This document shows, piece by piece, positions 20,816 to 30,630 of a stretch of 64,000 nucleotides of DNA. The notes beneath the pieces were generated by a model that was given only the letters and a program-made list of their open reading frames with translations, made no database searches and was not told where the DNA came from. This stretch comes from Escherichia coli (GTDB lineage: Bacteria > Pseudomonadota > Gammaproteobacteria > Enterobacterales > Enterobacteriaceae): assembly GCA_009729775.1 (NCBI GenBank), contig GCA_009729775.1_4081.1. One strand, 5' to 3'. The translations under genes were made by a program, and so were the position numbers. Every line of letters starts with the position of its first letter. Within the stretch, counting starts at the first letter, position 1.

Positions 20816-21010
20816 TCAATTCTGTCCGAAAAAATAACCAAAATGTTTAAAGCAAGAAAGCATTACTATGTTCATCACTCTATCATCAAATTCATCTTGT
20901 GTTTCTGCACATAATGTTTCACAGATATTCAAATGTAATAATTCAAGCTGGAAACTGTCGGTGAACCAATCAAACTTACGGTATTTTTGTTTAACATCAA
21001 CTGTAAGCAT
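20816..21010 (-). CDS. hypothetical small protein
   Basis: 64 aa ORF. Confidence 0.4.
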   Translation of the reverse strand: MLTVDVKQKYRKFDWFTDSFQLELLHLNICETLCAETQDEFDDRVMNIVMLSCFKHFGYFFGQN

Positions 21011-21011
21011 A

Positions 21012-21635
21012 CTATATATCCAACCCTTTTACAACATCTACGAAATGTTCAAACACTTCTTTTGAAAAATAACCACCTTCACAAAAAAGCATACTAAACG
21101 GTGGCAGCATGTCCGATAACTCTTTAGCTAAATTGATTTCTGCTCTTAACTCTTGAACATCAATGATATCATGTACTAAAGATAATTGAAACATGAATGC
21201 ATCTACATCTTCATTCATTTCTGAATTGTAATATAACTCTTCAGGGAATTTGTCGGTTTCGTAATAATAAAAAACTTTATTGTTGAACACACCACTAATA
21301 GGAACATCATTTTCATCTTTCTTTGAAATGTTTGTTTCCCATGACTCTATATTATTAGGAACAAAAAAATCATAGGCTGACTTTGAACCCTGTACTGAAT
21401 CCAACTTTATTCCATAATATTCCGTATCCATGTATTTCTGCTGTAATGTAATACCACGTGTACTGACATTCACTTGGAATATATCATCTTTATCTGGAAC
21501 ACTAAATGGAATACATAACACTGAATTCTCAGGGTATTTGGCAATGAATGCATCCAGCACTTTATTAAGCACCGGAATGGCAATTTTACTGTACTGCATC
21601 AAATCATACATTTTAATTCTGGTCATATCATTCAC
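21012..21635 (-). CDS. family A paralog
   Basis: core DAFMFQLSLV. Confidence 0.7.
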   Translation of the reverse strand: MNDMTRIKMYDLMQYSKIAIPVLNKVLDAFIAKYPENSVLCIPFSVPDKDDIFQVNVSTRGITLQQKYMDTEYYGIKLDSVQGSKSAYDFFVPNNIESWETNISKKDENDVPISGVFNNKVFYYYETDKFPEELYYNSEMNEDVDAFMFQLSLVHDIIDVQELRAEINLAKELSDMLPPFSMLFCEGGYFSKEVFEHFVDVVKGLDI

Positions 21636-22167
21636 CTGTGTATGTTTTCACCCTTAGCGATTCAAAATCCCATACATCACTGATTGTACCATTGTGCCTG
21701 TAATCATAATATTCTACTAATACATTATACAATAACTTCAACGATACAAATTCATGATTCCACGGAGCTTTATTCTCATGAACACATTTGGTGATATAAG
21801 GTATAATATATAAACTAAACAACACTAATGGTGAATGTATACATTGCATTTGAAAATATTCTTCTTCTTGCATACAATGTTCAGGAATAATTAGATCATA
21901 ATGTGTCTCAAATAAATGTAAACCTATTGTGGTTTTTTTCGTATCACATGCGTACCATATTGTACTATCCGAAATAAATGGAATGATACCATTATTGTTT
22001 GCAATGTACATCATATGGTAAGAGCGATTTGTCTTGTTAAATATCTCGATACTTTCGATATTACTACAAATCATGTATTCAAGGCAATCAATGATCTTAT
22101 CTTTAAATGTACCAATTTCATTGAATGACATTGCTTTCTGTACTTTTGATACTGTTGTACTGCTCAT
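21628..22167 (-). CDS. family A paralog
   Basis: core EEEYFQMQCI. Confidence 0.65.
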   Translation of the reverse strand: MSSTTVSKVQKAMSFNEIGTFKDKIIDCLEYMICSNIESIEIFNKTNRSYHMMYIANNNGIIPFISDSTIWYACDTKKTTIGLHLFETHYDLIIPEHCMQEEEYFQMQCIHSPLVLFSLYIIPYITKCVHENKAPWNHEFVSLKLLYNVLVEYYDYRHNGTISDVWDFESLRVKTYTGE

Positions 22168-22838
22168 ATGTTATCCTTAAAAAAATCCAAATACTCTTCA
22201 TTGAAAGCATATGTATCATCTTTTTTGTTATGCACCACATAATCATAAAGAGCTATGAATGCAGGGATTATGATCTTACATGATTTATTATTGTATTTGT
22301 GGTACTCCAAATCAACGGTGTTCAATTTAGCAATAAGCATAGCAACAAAGATATCTTCATGGCGATGTACTGTACTGTACTGAAAATACTCATCCTCTCC
22401 AATATCTGGATGATATAACGGTATAACCAAATTATTACGAATTGACATCTTATATTTTTGTAATGCAGCTAAATGTATGAACCACAATCTATCTTCATTG
22501 AAATATGGAAAAATAATTTTGTCTGTGCTAATAAAAATTTCTTCATTTCGATTATTTGTCACAAGAGGTGCATACATTTTAATTTTTGCAGATCTAATAA
22601 TTAAATTAAAAATATAATGAATCTTATGAACTGCACTTGATGCATCTTCGTATGTACTTGGGATTATGAAACTCACTATATGTTCTCCTTTAAAATGATT
22701 ACACATGATAACAGCTTTGCACTTCTTTGTCAATACCAAAACGAAAAAAGCCCATATCTTACGATACAGGCGTGCTGGGAATGTTGATTTGGATTTCATT
22801 GTACAAATCATCAATATATAGACATGAAAAAAACACAC
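22164..22838 (-). CDS. family A paralog
   Basis: core EDEYFQYSTV; start probably at an internal Met (track start overlaps upstream gene by about 80 nt). Confidence 0.6.
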   Translation of the reverse strand: MCFFHVYILMICTMKSKSTFPARLYRKIWAFFVLVLTKKCKAVIMCNHFKGEHIVSFIIPSTYEDASSAVHKIHYIFNLIIRSAKIKMYAPLVTNNRNEEIFISTDKIIFPYFNEDRLWFIHLAALQKYKMSIRNNLVIPLYHPDIGEDEYFQYSTVHRHEDIFVAMLIAKLNTVDLEYHKYNNKSCKIIIPAFIALYDYVVHNKKDDTYAFNEEYLDFFKDNI

Positions 22839-23265
22839 TATCTTTTAATATATTGTTGTGATAAAGCATTTTAAATACTACATAAAAAAATAAATCAATA
22901 TCATCGTGGACTAAATTCTGCTGGAACCACCACTCGTCTGTTAAATCTTGTGCATTAAAATCATCAGGAACTTCAATGAACGACATATCACAATCTTCTT
23001 TGTACTCAAACCACATGTCGTCATTCGGATAACGTTCATGCTTCTCTGGGTAACAATTGCTGGGATTAAATGTTAAAATATTAAACCCCGTAGAGCAACG
23101 TTCTTTATTTAAAAATGTATTATTCCATACCTGATATTTTTCACCAACATCAAGCTCTTCTGTTACTGATTTTATTGCACATAATGTACTGTATATTGTT
23201 TCTATCTTGTGAACATATTTAAATGCAGCATCTAAGCTGAACTCTAAATCATACATGTACTGCAT
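22759..23265 (-). CDS. family A paralog
   Basis: core DEWWFQQNLV. Confidence 0.65.
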   Translation of the reverse strand: MQYMYDLEFSLDAAFKYVHKIETIYSTLCAIKSVTEELDVGEKYQVWNNTFLNKERCSTGFNILTFNPSNCYPEKHERYPNDDMWFEYKEDCDMSFIEVPDDFNAQDLTDEWWFQQNLVHDDIDLFFYVVFKMLYHNNILKDSVFFSCLYIDDLYNEIQINIPSTPVS

Positions 23266-23585
23266 AAAATTACCTCAACTAAAGCAAGGACTGTATTGAA
23301 TTCCACTATACTTGTAATTCCTTGAAGGTACATGTACTTTGCTACTACATATTTCTGTACTAAATTATAATTTTTAAATTCCTCAAAATTGTAATTCAAA
23401 ATGAAATTTGTACTCAAAAATAACTTATGCATCTCTAATGCACTCTGATAATATTGGTACAACTCTCTGATATCAATACTTTGTAAATCACTTTGTTCAT
23501 ATGTATGATAAGGAATGGCTTCAATTTCAATACGATGAAACCATTCTCTTAACTTATTAATATCAAATGTATTATTCAGCTTCAT
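23244..23585 (-). CDS. hypothetical protein
   Basis: 113 aa ORF. Confidence 0.5.
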   Translation of the reverse strand: MKLNNTFDINKLREWFHRIEIEAIPYHTYEQSDLQSIDIRELYQYYQSALEMHKLFLSTNFILNYNFEEFKNYNLVQKYVVAKYMYLQGITSIVEFNTVLALVEVILCSTCMI

Positions 23586-24138
23586 AACTCAATATCTCCA
23601 TTAAACACTCATAAACACCATCAATCGCATAAGCACAAAAATTGAAATTAATTTTATGATTCTTGTGTAATGGACTATTGTGTACTGTACTAATAAGGAC
23701 ATTATAAAACAACAAACGCACTGGCACAAGCAATGAACCTTGGAAAAATTCTTCCTCTGATTTATATGTATTGTACTCTATTGTTTTGTTCGTTTCTGTA
23801 TCATATTTTACCATTACTAATGGGGAATTTTTATTATACCATGCGTACTCTAAATCATTCTTTCCAATAACAGCACCAGGTGCGAAATCCAAAAGACCAA
23901 TAACACTATGGGCATTTGGTGTATCAGGTGTATTGAATCGTTTATCAAAATGACTCGTGCACGCAATATATGTATTGTACTTCGATGGAATGATACCAAT
24001 ACATTTGTGGATGTGACGCTTGTAATCTTTCTGGGCATTATATAAGGCTGCAACAATACAAGCTAACTTTTGTCCCATAAGGATTGCATTAGCGTAGGTG
24101 TACTGAATTTCATTGCTGGTACGGTACTTCGAGGTCAT
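23572..24138 (-). CDS. family A paralog
   Basis: core EEEFFQGSLL. Confidence 0.7.
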   Translation of the reverse strand: MTSKYRTSNEIQYTYANAILMGQKLACIVAALYNAQKDYKRHIHKCIGIIPSKYNTYIACTSHFDKRFNTPDTPNAHSVIGLLDFAPGAVIGKNDLEYAWYNKNSPLVMVKYDTETNKTIEYNTYKSEEEFFQGSLLVPVRLLFYNVLISTVHNSPLHKNHKINFNFCAYAIDGVYECLMEILSYEAE

Positions 24139-24421
24139 AATATTTCCTTTGCCATATCATGGGCTTAAAATCAATAACAGCTTTCTGTATCTTTTTTAAT
24201 AATAAGACATCATAACCACCCGTATCAATCACTAATTGCTGTTGGAACAATTCTTCATCGGATAATGTATTGAAATCTACAAAATAATCTGTGACTATCG
24301 AATCATTTAAATGTGCCATGTACCAACCTGAACTTCTTGAATAAATCAAATTCCACCCATCGTCATTGTCTTCTAATTCAACATAAATCATATCTGGGGT
24401 ATACATCATTTTATACTTCAT
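24110..24421 (-). CDS. family A paralog
   Basis: core DEELFQQQLV. Confidence 0.65.
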   Translation of the reverse strand: MKYKMMYTPDMIYVELEDNDDGWNLIYSRSSGWYMAHLNDSIVTDYFVDFNTLSDEELFQQQLVIDTGGYDVLLLKKIQKAVIDFKPMIWQRKYYDLEVPYQQ

Positions 24422-24965
24422 AACTATATCCTTGCATTAATAAATCATAAACTACATGGACTAAATTTAATTGAATATAAAATTTTAAACCTTTAATTAA
24501 TGGATTCAAATGCATTGTACTGAATAACATTAGATACATCATCTCATGCGGTTTTGTGATTAATGATTTTTGAAATACTTCAGCTTCATCATAAGGGTCT
24601 ATGAACTGAAATTTGTCTTCATCATAATTTGTATTGGAATGCTGATATATAAAATAATCATCATTGGTATTGTACCACAAATACCCTTCGAATCCTGTAC
24701 TAACACCTTTGGTCAATGGGGATGCTGATACTGGATTTGAACTGATTAATGCACCTACATCAACAATCCCCGTTGTATCATATTCGATTTCAACATCAAT
24801 GTCAATATCAATGTATTTCCTTGCGATATCTGCGTTTATGGACAAATACAAACTACCACCTGTCCTCTGACTCAGGATTCCATCTATCTGCGATATAGGA
24901 TGGTTGTTATTGAGGATAAGCATTATTGTACTTATCTTGTGTGCTAATAACTCTATCTCATTCAT
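24411..24965 (-). CDS. family A paralog
   Basis: core EAEVFQKSLI. Confidence 0.65.
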   Translation of the reverse strand: MNEIELLAHKISTIMLILNNNHPISQIDGILSQRTGGSLYLSINADIARKYIDIDIDVEIEYDTTGIVDVGALISSNPVSASPLTKGVSTGFEGYLWYNTNDDYFIYQHSNTNYDEDKFQFIDPYDEAEVFQKSLITKPHEMMYLMLFSTMHLNPLIKGLKFYIQLNLVHVVYDLLMQGYSYEV

Positions 24966-25298
24966 AATTTACCTTATGGATTCGGGTGCAATAAATGATC
25001 TTGATAACTTAAATGCTCTTGTGATATTGCACTTAAATAATAACTAAAATTTTCAATACCACCCTTTAAATGTATATTGTAATACAACTTAATACTTACT
25101 AATAAAGAATCATTTAAATCATTTATTGCTTTTGTATTAACCACTTTCATTAATGTTCTTCTCTTAAAAATCGTTTGATAGCATAATCTAAATAAAATTC
25201 ATAACACATGCTATCTCTGTTCTTTATCCATATTTTGTAATCGGATTTTATATTACTTAACAAATAATTTGTATTAATTGTGTAATAATCTAATCGCC

Positions 25299-25688
25299 CT
25301 AATCGTGCCATTTAATAGGATACTCCTTTCCTTGTACTACATAAGATATAATCCATCCGTAATGAATAGGACTATTCTTTTCTCCTTTAGGAATAAAATA
25401 TAAAGATGTACTAGGATTATAACTGAATAAATCATTATTGTCAAATGTAAAATGAGATAACGTTATCTTCCTTGTACTTGGACTAATAACATTCTTAACA
25501 CCAAACACGGTATCTTGATATTTCTCTGAAAATTCAAACAATGCATCTGTAATTAAATCATTGAATTCTATACATAATGGTTTAAAAGAACCATCATTAT
25601 CTTTGAATTCCTTATATAAAGAGCTTCTTGTATTCAAAAGAAATATTACTTTTTTAAGATCCTGAACTATTTCTGGATTCATATTCAT
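25299..25688 (-). CDS. hypothetical protein
   Basis: 129 aa ORF. Confidence 0.5.
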   Translation of the reverse strand: MNMNPEIVQDLKKVIFLLNTRSSLYKEFKDNDGSFKPLCIEFNDLITDALFEFSEKYQDTVFGVKNVISPSTRKITLSHFTFDNNDLFSYNPSTSLYFIPKGEKNSPIHYGWIISYVVQGKEYPIKWHD

Positions 25689-25920
25689 TTATCTCATTCT
25701 GTATCTTAAGCATCAAAATTTGCATATTAATTTTTTGTACAAGGTGCTTGATAAATTTCTGTGCCATTTCTTCTTGTTCTTTTGTACCAAGATAAAATAA
25801 CAGATTAAATTCTGATAATCGCAAAGAAAAATCTTCATCACCACCCTTTAAACAAAAATCCCTGTACTTTGTAGCGTACAAATATTGGTTTACCTTTTTA
25901 TAATACCCTGTGTTTTGCAT
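25654..25920 (-). CDS. family B paralog
   Basis: motif FYLGTKEQEEMA. Confidence 0.6.
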   Translation of the reverse strand: MQNTGYYKKVNQYLYATKYRDFCLKGGDEDFSLRLSEFNLLFYLGTKEQEEMAQKFIKHLVQKINMQILMLKIQNEINEYESRNSSGS

Positions 25921-26108
25921 ACTATCTCCGTTCGCAACGAATTTATATAATAATGAACAAATTGTTCTTGTGAACGTGTTCCAAGAAAAATAAACATATC
26001 AAACTCTGTTGTTTTTAAATTCAATGCATCTTTTGTAAAATTCCTGTTGAATTCCCTGTACTTTTGGGTCTTCCATTCTTGATTAATTGTCTTGTATATC
26101 GATTTCAA
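25890..26108 (-). CDS. family B paralog
   Basis: motif IFLGTRSQEQFV. Confidence 0.6.
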   Translation of the reverse strand: MKSIYKTINQEWKTQKYREFNRNFTKDALNLKTTEFDMFIFLGTRSQEQFVHYYINSLRTEIVCKTQGIIKR

Positions 26109-26409
26109 TGATTCTCCCTGACATACCTTGTATTAGCTTATCATACATATCGAGCATCACTTTTTGAATATTAATTAGTACTGGCATCGTGCAAATATCA
26201 ATGTCGTATACTAAGCTGTACTGGAATAATTCATCTTCCTGCATTTGTACTAAATTAGGTAAAGGATAATTGTCTGCCTCTTCATCCTGATACTTGAAAT
26301 GCATAACACCATCCTTTTTGTACAAAAGAATGTCAATATCACCTAACTCTTCTGCATAACCAAAAATACATATACTCGATGTTTTTGCTATATTAAATTT
26401 CATATACAT
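26083..26409 (-). CDS. family A paralog
   Basis: core EDELFQYSLV. Confidence 0.7.
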   Translation of the reverse strand: MYMKFNIAKTSSICIFGYAEELGDIDILLYKKDGVMHFKYQDEEADNYPLPNLVQMQEDELFQYSLVYDIDICTMPVLINIQKVMLDMYDKLIQGMSGRIIEIDIQDN

Positions 26410-26411
26410 CC

Positions 26412-26753
26412 TTATACATAAATTTGATAGACATTTTGAACAAAATACTTTGGAAGACTACTATATGATATCATCTGCCTTTGTACTTCCTTCATCTCTT
26501 CCAATGTCAATCCCAAAGAATCATCGTGTACTATCATGTACTGAAACTCGTCTTCTTCAGAGATATCAAATAAATTCGGTACTGCAATTATATCAATACC
26601 TACCATCCAAAAAAAAGAATTATTACTTTTTCTGTACTCAAAAAAATTCAAAGAAGAACCACTCTGTAAATCAGATACCATAATGGAACATTCATCGTTA
26701 CGTACAATACAATTGAATTTACGCATTATCTCCACCTCTCTCCGTCTGTACAA
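26412..26753 (-). CDS. family A paralog
   Basis: core EEDEFQYMIV. Confidence 0.65.
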   Translation of the reverse strand: MYRRREVEIMRKFNCIVRNDECSIMVSDLQSGSSLNFFEYRKSNNSFFWMVGIDIIAVPNLFDISEEDEFQYMIVHDDSLGLTLEEMKEVQRQMISYSSLPKYFVQNVYQIYV

Positions 26754-26971
26754 GAGTACTGGTACGTTGTCGTTAGGGTAGGGACCATGTTTGTAATGGG
26801 CATGTTGTTAACAATAACCGTAACAGGCATAAGAATCGTCTCTTCTCTACTCTGTCCTGTCCTTGTGCAATTCATCTTTTGCATTTCATCTGAATCCATG
26901 AAATACAATACAAATGGTGCAATCCCAAGAACAATACACAAGACGATAAGGAAATTTAAAAAATTTAACAT
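26726..26971 (-). CDS. hypothetical small protein, possible membrane protein
   Basis: 81 aa; hydrophobic N-terminus MLNFLNFLIVLCIVLGIAPFVLYF. Confidence 0.4.
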   Translation of the reverse strand: MLNFLNFLIVLCIVLGIAPFVLYFMDSDEMQKMNCTRTGQSREETILMPVTVIVNNMPITNMVPTLTTTYQYSCTDGERWR

Positions 26972-27030
26972 AATTTTTACCCTATGATTAACGTTAGTGT
27001 ACTATATCAGTAATGAAAAGTACTATCAAG

Positions 27031-27417
27031 CTAGTATTGCACTGTTCTAATGAAAGTGCCTGAACTCATGGATTTAAGCTTATGAACCTCTTCCTGTATA
27101 CCCTTGATTAACCCTAAAGGTATAGGTACATCATGTACTAAGCTGTACTGAAAGTATTCTTCTTCAGATAAAGTACTAACATCTGGAACTCCAATTTTAG
27201 TTAGATAATCTTGATGTGTTGACCAATAAATTATATCTTCAGTAGAATTGTACTCCCCATATACTGAACAATATTGATGAATATCTTTCCTGTACCCTTG
27301 AGCAATAAAGAACTTATCTACTGCATTACCAGCATTAATAGAATTCACTTCGATTGTCACAGTACTTGAGCTTGTATAACTCTTAATACTCAACTGTGTG
27401 TTCTTCATAATCACCAT
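27031..27417 (-). CDS. family A paralog
   Basis: core EEEYFQYSLV. Confidence 0.7.
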   Translation of the reverse strand: MVIMKNTQLSIKSYTSSSTVTIEVNSINAGNAVDKFFIAQGYRKDIHQYCSVYGEYNSTEDIIYWSTHQDYLTKIGVPDVSTLSEEEYFQYSLVHDVPIPLGLIKGIQEEVHKLKSMSSGTFIRTVQY

Positions 27418-27727
27418 TAGGCTCCTGTTTAGATTCTTTCATTAGTACTATCATCTTATGTACTAATGGCATAGGGAACTCTAAATCCCATACTAATGAT
27501 TCCTGGAAGTATTCCTCTGGTGATAAAGTACTTAAATCTTTAATATCAACGTGCTTGTATATTTTATTTTCGTAATTAACAAATGATATATATAAATCAC
27601 TAACATAAGAATCATAGGTAATTGTGAATGGCTTACCCTTGTAATCCATTACATCTCTACATAGACTACTTTTGATATATGTATGTTCAAATGATTTATA
27701 TACCTTGAGTTGTATATTAGTTTTCAT
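27383..27727 (-). CDS. family A paralog
   Basis: core PEEYFQESLV. Confidence 0.7.
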   Translation of the reverse strand: MKTNIQLKVYKSFEHTYIKSSLCRDVMDYKGKPFTITYDSYVSDLYISFVNYENKIYKHVDIKDLSTLSPEEYFQESLVWDLEFPMPLVHKMIVLMKESKQEPNGDYEEHTVEY

Positions 27728-27992
27728 ATTTCTCTTTATTAGCTTGTTTGGTTTTATAGTGAATTAAATCTATTAATGTAATCAAGTACAACTTCAAAAA
27801 GTACTCTTGATGGTTCGTACCTAATGATACAAAGAATTTATGCTCATAAATTAAAACCTGTTTCACTTCAAAAGGACACTTAATCCTCTGTATAGGTTTA
27901 AGTAAATGGTAGTACTTGTATAATCTATTATGCATTTCTAATTCAGATAGTACTTTCATATTAAACACATACTCCATTAGCTGTAGCATCAC
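27717..27992 (-). CDS. family B paralog
   Basis: motif FVSLGTNHQEYF. Confidence 0.65.
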   Translation of the reverse strand: MMLQLMEYVFNMKVLSELEMHNRLYKYYHLLKPIQRIKCPFEVKQVLIYEHKFFVSLGTNHQEYFLKLYLITLIDLIHYKTKQANKEKYEN

Positions 27993-28182
27993 GTAAAGCT
28001 GTCAAATACTTCTGTACTGCTTGCTCTTGCTTATTTGTACCTAAAAGTATATACATCCATAATTCACTGTAATGTACATCTTGTGTATAAGGGTTGTTGT
28101 AACTTTTTGATAATATAGCATCAAATTCAGATGCATGAACCCTTGTGAACTTAAGCATATCTTGTTGTGTTATGATTCTCAT
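27961..28182 (-). CDS. family B paralog
   Basis: motif ILLGTNKQEQAV. Confidence 0.7.
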   Translation of the reverse strand: MRIITQQDMLKFTRVHASEFDAILSKSYNNPYTQDVHYSELWMYILLGTNKQEQAVQKYLTALRDATANGVCV

Positions 28183-28394
28183 ATCTTTTCCTGTATAAGC
28201 TTCTTAAGAATCTCAATATATGAATTAACAGTTCTCTCTTGATGCTGTGTTCCTAAGAGTGTCAGTACTATCATATCTGAACGCAAAAGATTTTTTTCAA
28301 GTTCACTTATATCAGTTCTTGAATCAAGTGCCATATATTTGTGATTATTCTTCCTGAATAGTGCCAAGTACTCTTGATTTGATATTTCCTTCAT
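28179..28394 (-). CDS. family B paralog
   Basis: motif LTLLGTQHQERTV. Confidence 0.7.
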   Translation of the reverse strand: MKEISNQEYLALFRKNNHKYMALDSRTDISELEKNLLRSDMIVLTLLGTQHQERTVNSYIEILKKLIQEKI

Positions 28395-28618
28395 AGTCTA
28401 TCCTTGATGCCATTTAAAAGTGCTCTAATATGCTCATTGACAAAACGCTCTTGGGAATCTGTGTTTAGAGTGAGAAGCATTCTTAAATCTGAACTTTTTA
28501 TATGATATTCTAAATCATTCTTTGATTCTCGCATAAGTTTCTGAAAGGATGAGAAGTGTAATCCCATGAGTTCAATGTATTCTGCTGTTCCTAGGGGTTT
28601 GTGTATATGTTTGTGCAT
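28391..28618 (-). CDS. family B paralog
   Basis: motif LTLNTDSQERFV. Confidence 0.65.
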   Translation of the reverse strand: MHKHIHKPLGTAEYIELMGLHFSSFQKLMRESKNDLEYHIKSSDLRMLLTLNTDSQERFVNEHIRALLNGIKDRL

Positions 28619-28830
28619 TTTAATTGTATTACCCTTTTGAGTGTATTAATGTAATTATACACATTGGCTTCTTGATAGTTAGTTCCTAGAGTAGCTTGAA
28701 CGTAGATTTCATTTAACTTAATGATTTTATCAGTATCTGGTAGTTTTGATGTGTTAATGGCAAATAACTTCAAAAACAGTCCATTTATGATTGTTAGGTA
28801 TTCTTCTTCTGTAATGATTTTCATTTGCAT
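28591..28830 (-). CDS. family B paralog
   Basis: motif ATLGTNYQEANV. Confidence 0.7.
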   Translation of the reverse strand: MQMKIITEEEYLTIINGLFLKLFAINTSKLPDTDKIIKLNEIYVQATLGTNYQEANVYNYINTLKRVIQLKCTNIYTNP

Positions 28831-29036
28831 TTTCTCAGTACTGATTCTTTAAGTTCATTGATGTAGTCCTCAATGTATTGCTCTTGTAAGTTAGTTCCAA
28901 CATATAAAAGAACTCTTAAATCGGCTCTAAGTACTTCTTTGTCATCATCATCTATATCAGACAGTGTTATGTTTAAGAATTTACTTGCATTCTCTATAAG
29001 TAATATTACTGAATCACCTTCGCTTAAAATTTTCAT
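28821..29036 (-). CDS. family B paralog
   Basis: motif LYVGTNLQEQYI. Confidence 0.7.
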   Translation of the reverse strand: MKILSEGDSVILLIENASKFLNITLSDIDDDDKEVLRADLRVLLYVGTNLQEQYIEDYINELKESVLRKCK

Positions 29037-29244
29037 AATCTCTTTTTGCTTTCCTCGCCAAAAGGTACATATACGATTCTTCGTATTGTGCTTGATAGTT
29101 TGTGTTTAAGAGTCGAAACAACTTCTGTTCTGCTAGAACGAGTTGCTTATCTTCATAACAACGATAGCGTATCAACTTTTTGTATTCGATGTTGATTACA
29201 TCCATTACTATAAGCCCATGTTCATCATCTGTCAAGTGTTTCAT
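29014..29244 (-). CDS. family B paralog
   Basis: motif RLLNTNYQAQY. Confidence 0.65.
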   Translation of the reverse strand: MKHLTDDEHGLIVMDVINIEYKKLIRYRCYEDKQLVLAEQKLFRLLNTNYQAQYEESYMYLLARKAKRDYENFKRR

Positions 29245-29470
29245 GTATCTTTTCCTTAATAGTGATTTTAAGAGATTTAATTATACGTTCAACGTGATAC
29301 TCCTGTCTATCAGTTCCAAGAAGGTATGGTAGTGCTTGGAATAGAGCTTCCGCATTCTTTTCCTCTGGGGTTTGGTTTGGATCATTAGGAAGTTGATTGG
29401 CATATCTCTTGGCACTAACTAATCTCTCGACGTATTCATTATATGTTAAGTATATCATTTCATTTTGCAT
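29225..29470 (-). CDS. family B paralog
   Basis: motif YLLGTDRQEYHV; near-identical to next gene. Confidence 0.7.
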   Translation of the reverse strand: MQNEMIYLTYNEYVERLVSAKRYANQLPNDPNQTPEEKNAEALFQALPYLLGTDRQEYHVERIIKSLKITIKEKIHETLDR

Positions 29471-29696
29471 TTACTTTTTCCTTAATAGTAATTTTAAGAT
29501 ATTTAATTATACGTTCAATGTGATACTCTTGCCTATCAGTTCCAAGAAGGTATGGTAATCTTTGGAATAAAACTTCTGCACTCCTTTCTGCTGGGGTTTG
29601 GTTTGTGTTGTGAGGAAGTTTATTTGTAAGTCTTTTGGATTTATCTAGTCTTTCTGTTAACTCATCATGTGTTAAGTATATCATTTCCTTTTGCAT
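29460..29696 (-). CDS. family B paralog
   Basis: motif YLLGTDRQEYHI; near-identical to previous gene. Confidence 0.7.
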   Translation of the reverse strand: MQKEMIYLTHDELTERLDKSKRLTNKLPHNTNQTPAERSAEVLFQRLPYLLGTDRQEYHIERIIKYLKITIKEKVNAK

Positions 29697-29923
29697 TTAA
29701 TGTTCCTTACGTAAATTGTCTGGATTAAACAATCAATCCACGTTTGAATATATTGGTTTTGATACTGTGTGCCTAAAAGACTCTGCATTTTAAACTCTGC
29801 TTCAAGTTCATATCTCTTTTCTATAGAAAAGCTTAAATGACCATATTCCCTATCGTATCTTCTATGAGCTTCGCCAAGTCTATCAAATCTTTCTGATAAT
29901 CTGATGTTATTAATTTTATTCAT
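29681..29923 (-). CDS. family B paralog
   Basis: motif SLLGTQYQNQYI. Confidence 0.7.
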   Translation of the reverse strand: MNKINNIRLSERFDRLGEAHRRYDREYGHLSFSIEKRYELEAEFKMQSLLGTQYQNQYIQTWIDCLIQTIYVRNIKCKRK

Positions 29924-30210
29924 CGCTCAGTACACCTTAGTGGACGGGTCATTTGATAAAAGTACAGCTTACCTCTGATTTCCATTAGTAATTCATTTAA
30001 TACGCGTTCTACCTCTTGTTCTTGATAGTTCGTGCCTAACAATGCACCCATCTTTAACTCACGCATCATAATCATCTTCTTACTGTGTTGAATTTCTGGG
30101 TTGTGATAGATTGTATTACGTTTAAGAGTAATTTTTGCCATACGCTCGGTATATTCATCTTTACTTAAATTAATCATTTTCATGTTAATTACCCTTACAT
30201 TTATTTTCAA
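29920..30210 (-). CDS. family B paralog
   Basis: motif ALLGTNYQEQEV; start may be internal Met. Confidence 0.65.
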   Translation of the reverse strand: MKINVRVINMKMINLSKDEYTERMAKITLKRNTIYHNPEIQHSKKMIMMRELKMGALLGTNYQEQEVERVLNELLMEIRGKLYFYQMTRPLRCTER

Positions 30211-30415
30211 TACTATTCATGAGTTCTATAAGATAGTTTTCTACCTTACCTTCCTGATAGTTAGTCCCTAGGAAGTTGCACAACACGGCTTCTATAATTT
30301 TGATTTTCCTGATATCCGACTTCAATCTTTTGTTATTGAATATTTGAATCCTTATATCTCTGGATGCATTTAAACGTTTTTGATAGTCATGGTAAGTTAA
30401 ATGAATCATTTTCAT
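30185..30415 (-). CDS. family B paralog
   Basis: motif NFLGTNYQEGKV. Confidence 0.7.
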   Translation of the reverse strand: MKMIHLTYHDYQKRLNASRDIRIQIFNNKRLKSDIRKIKIIEAVLCNFLGTNYQEGKVENYLIELMNSIENKCKGN

Positions 30416-30630
30416 TTACGTTTAACCTCTCGCTGGAGGGCATCAATTAACATTAGTACAGCATTCTCTTGATAGTTTGTTCCTAAGACTGAAAGCATCT
30501 TTATCTCATTTACTAAAATCAACTTCTTTGAGGGTTCAATAATGTGACTATCATAAACGGCCTTACGTGCTGGATAAGTTTTCGCCAGTATAACATAAAA
30601 TTCGTCTTTACTTAAATTAATCATTTGCAT
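30412..30630 (-). CDS. family B paralog
   Basis: motif SVLGTNYQENAV. Confidence 0.7.
   Translation of the reverse strand: MQMINLSKDEFYVILAKTYPARKAVYDSHIIEPSKKLILVNEIKMLSVLGTNYQENAVLMLIDALQREVKRK

Noticed and set aside
68-27727. Family A core E-x-x-Y-F-Q-[GS] read as a TEV-type (potyvirus NIa) protease cleavage site
   Set aside because: The resemblance to ENLYFQ/S is striking but there is no protease candidate and no phage context for it. It is treated as a conserved structural motif unless a cognate protease is found.
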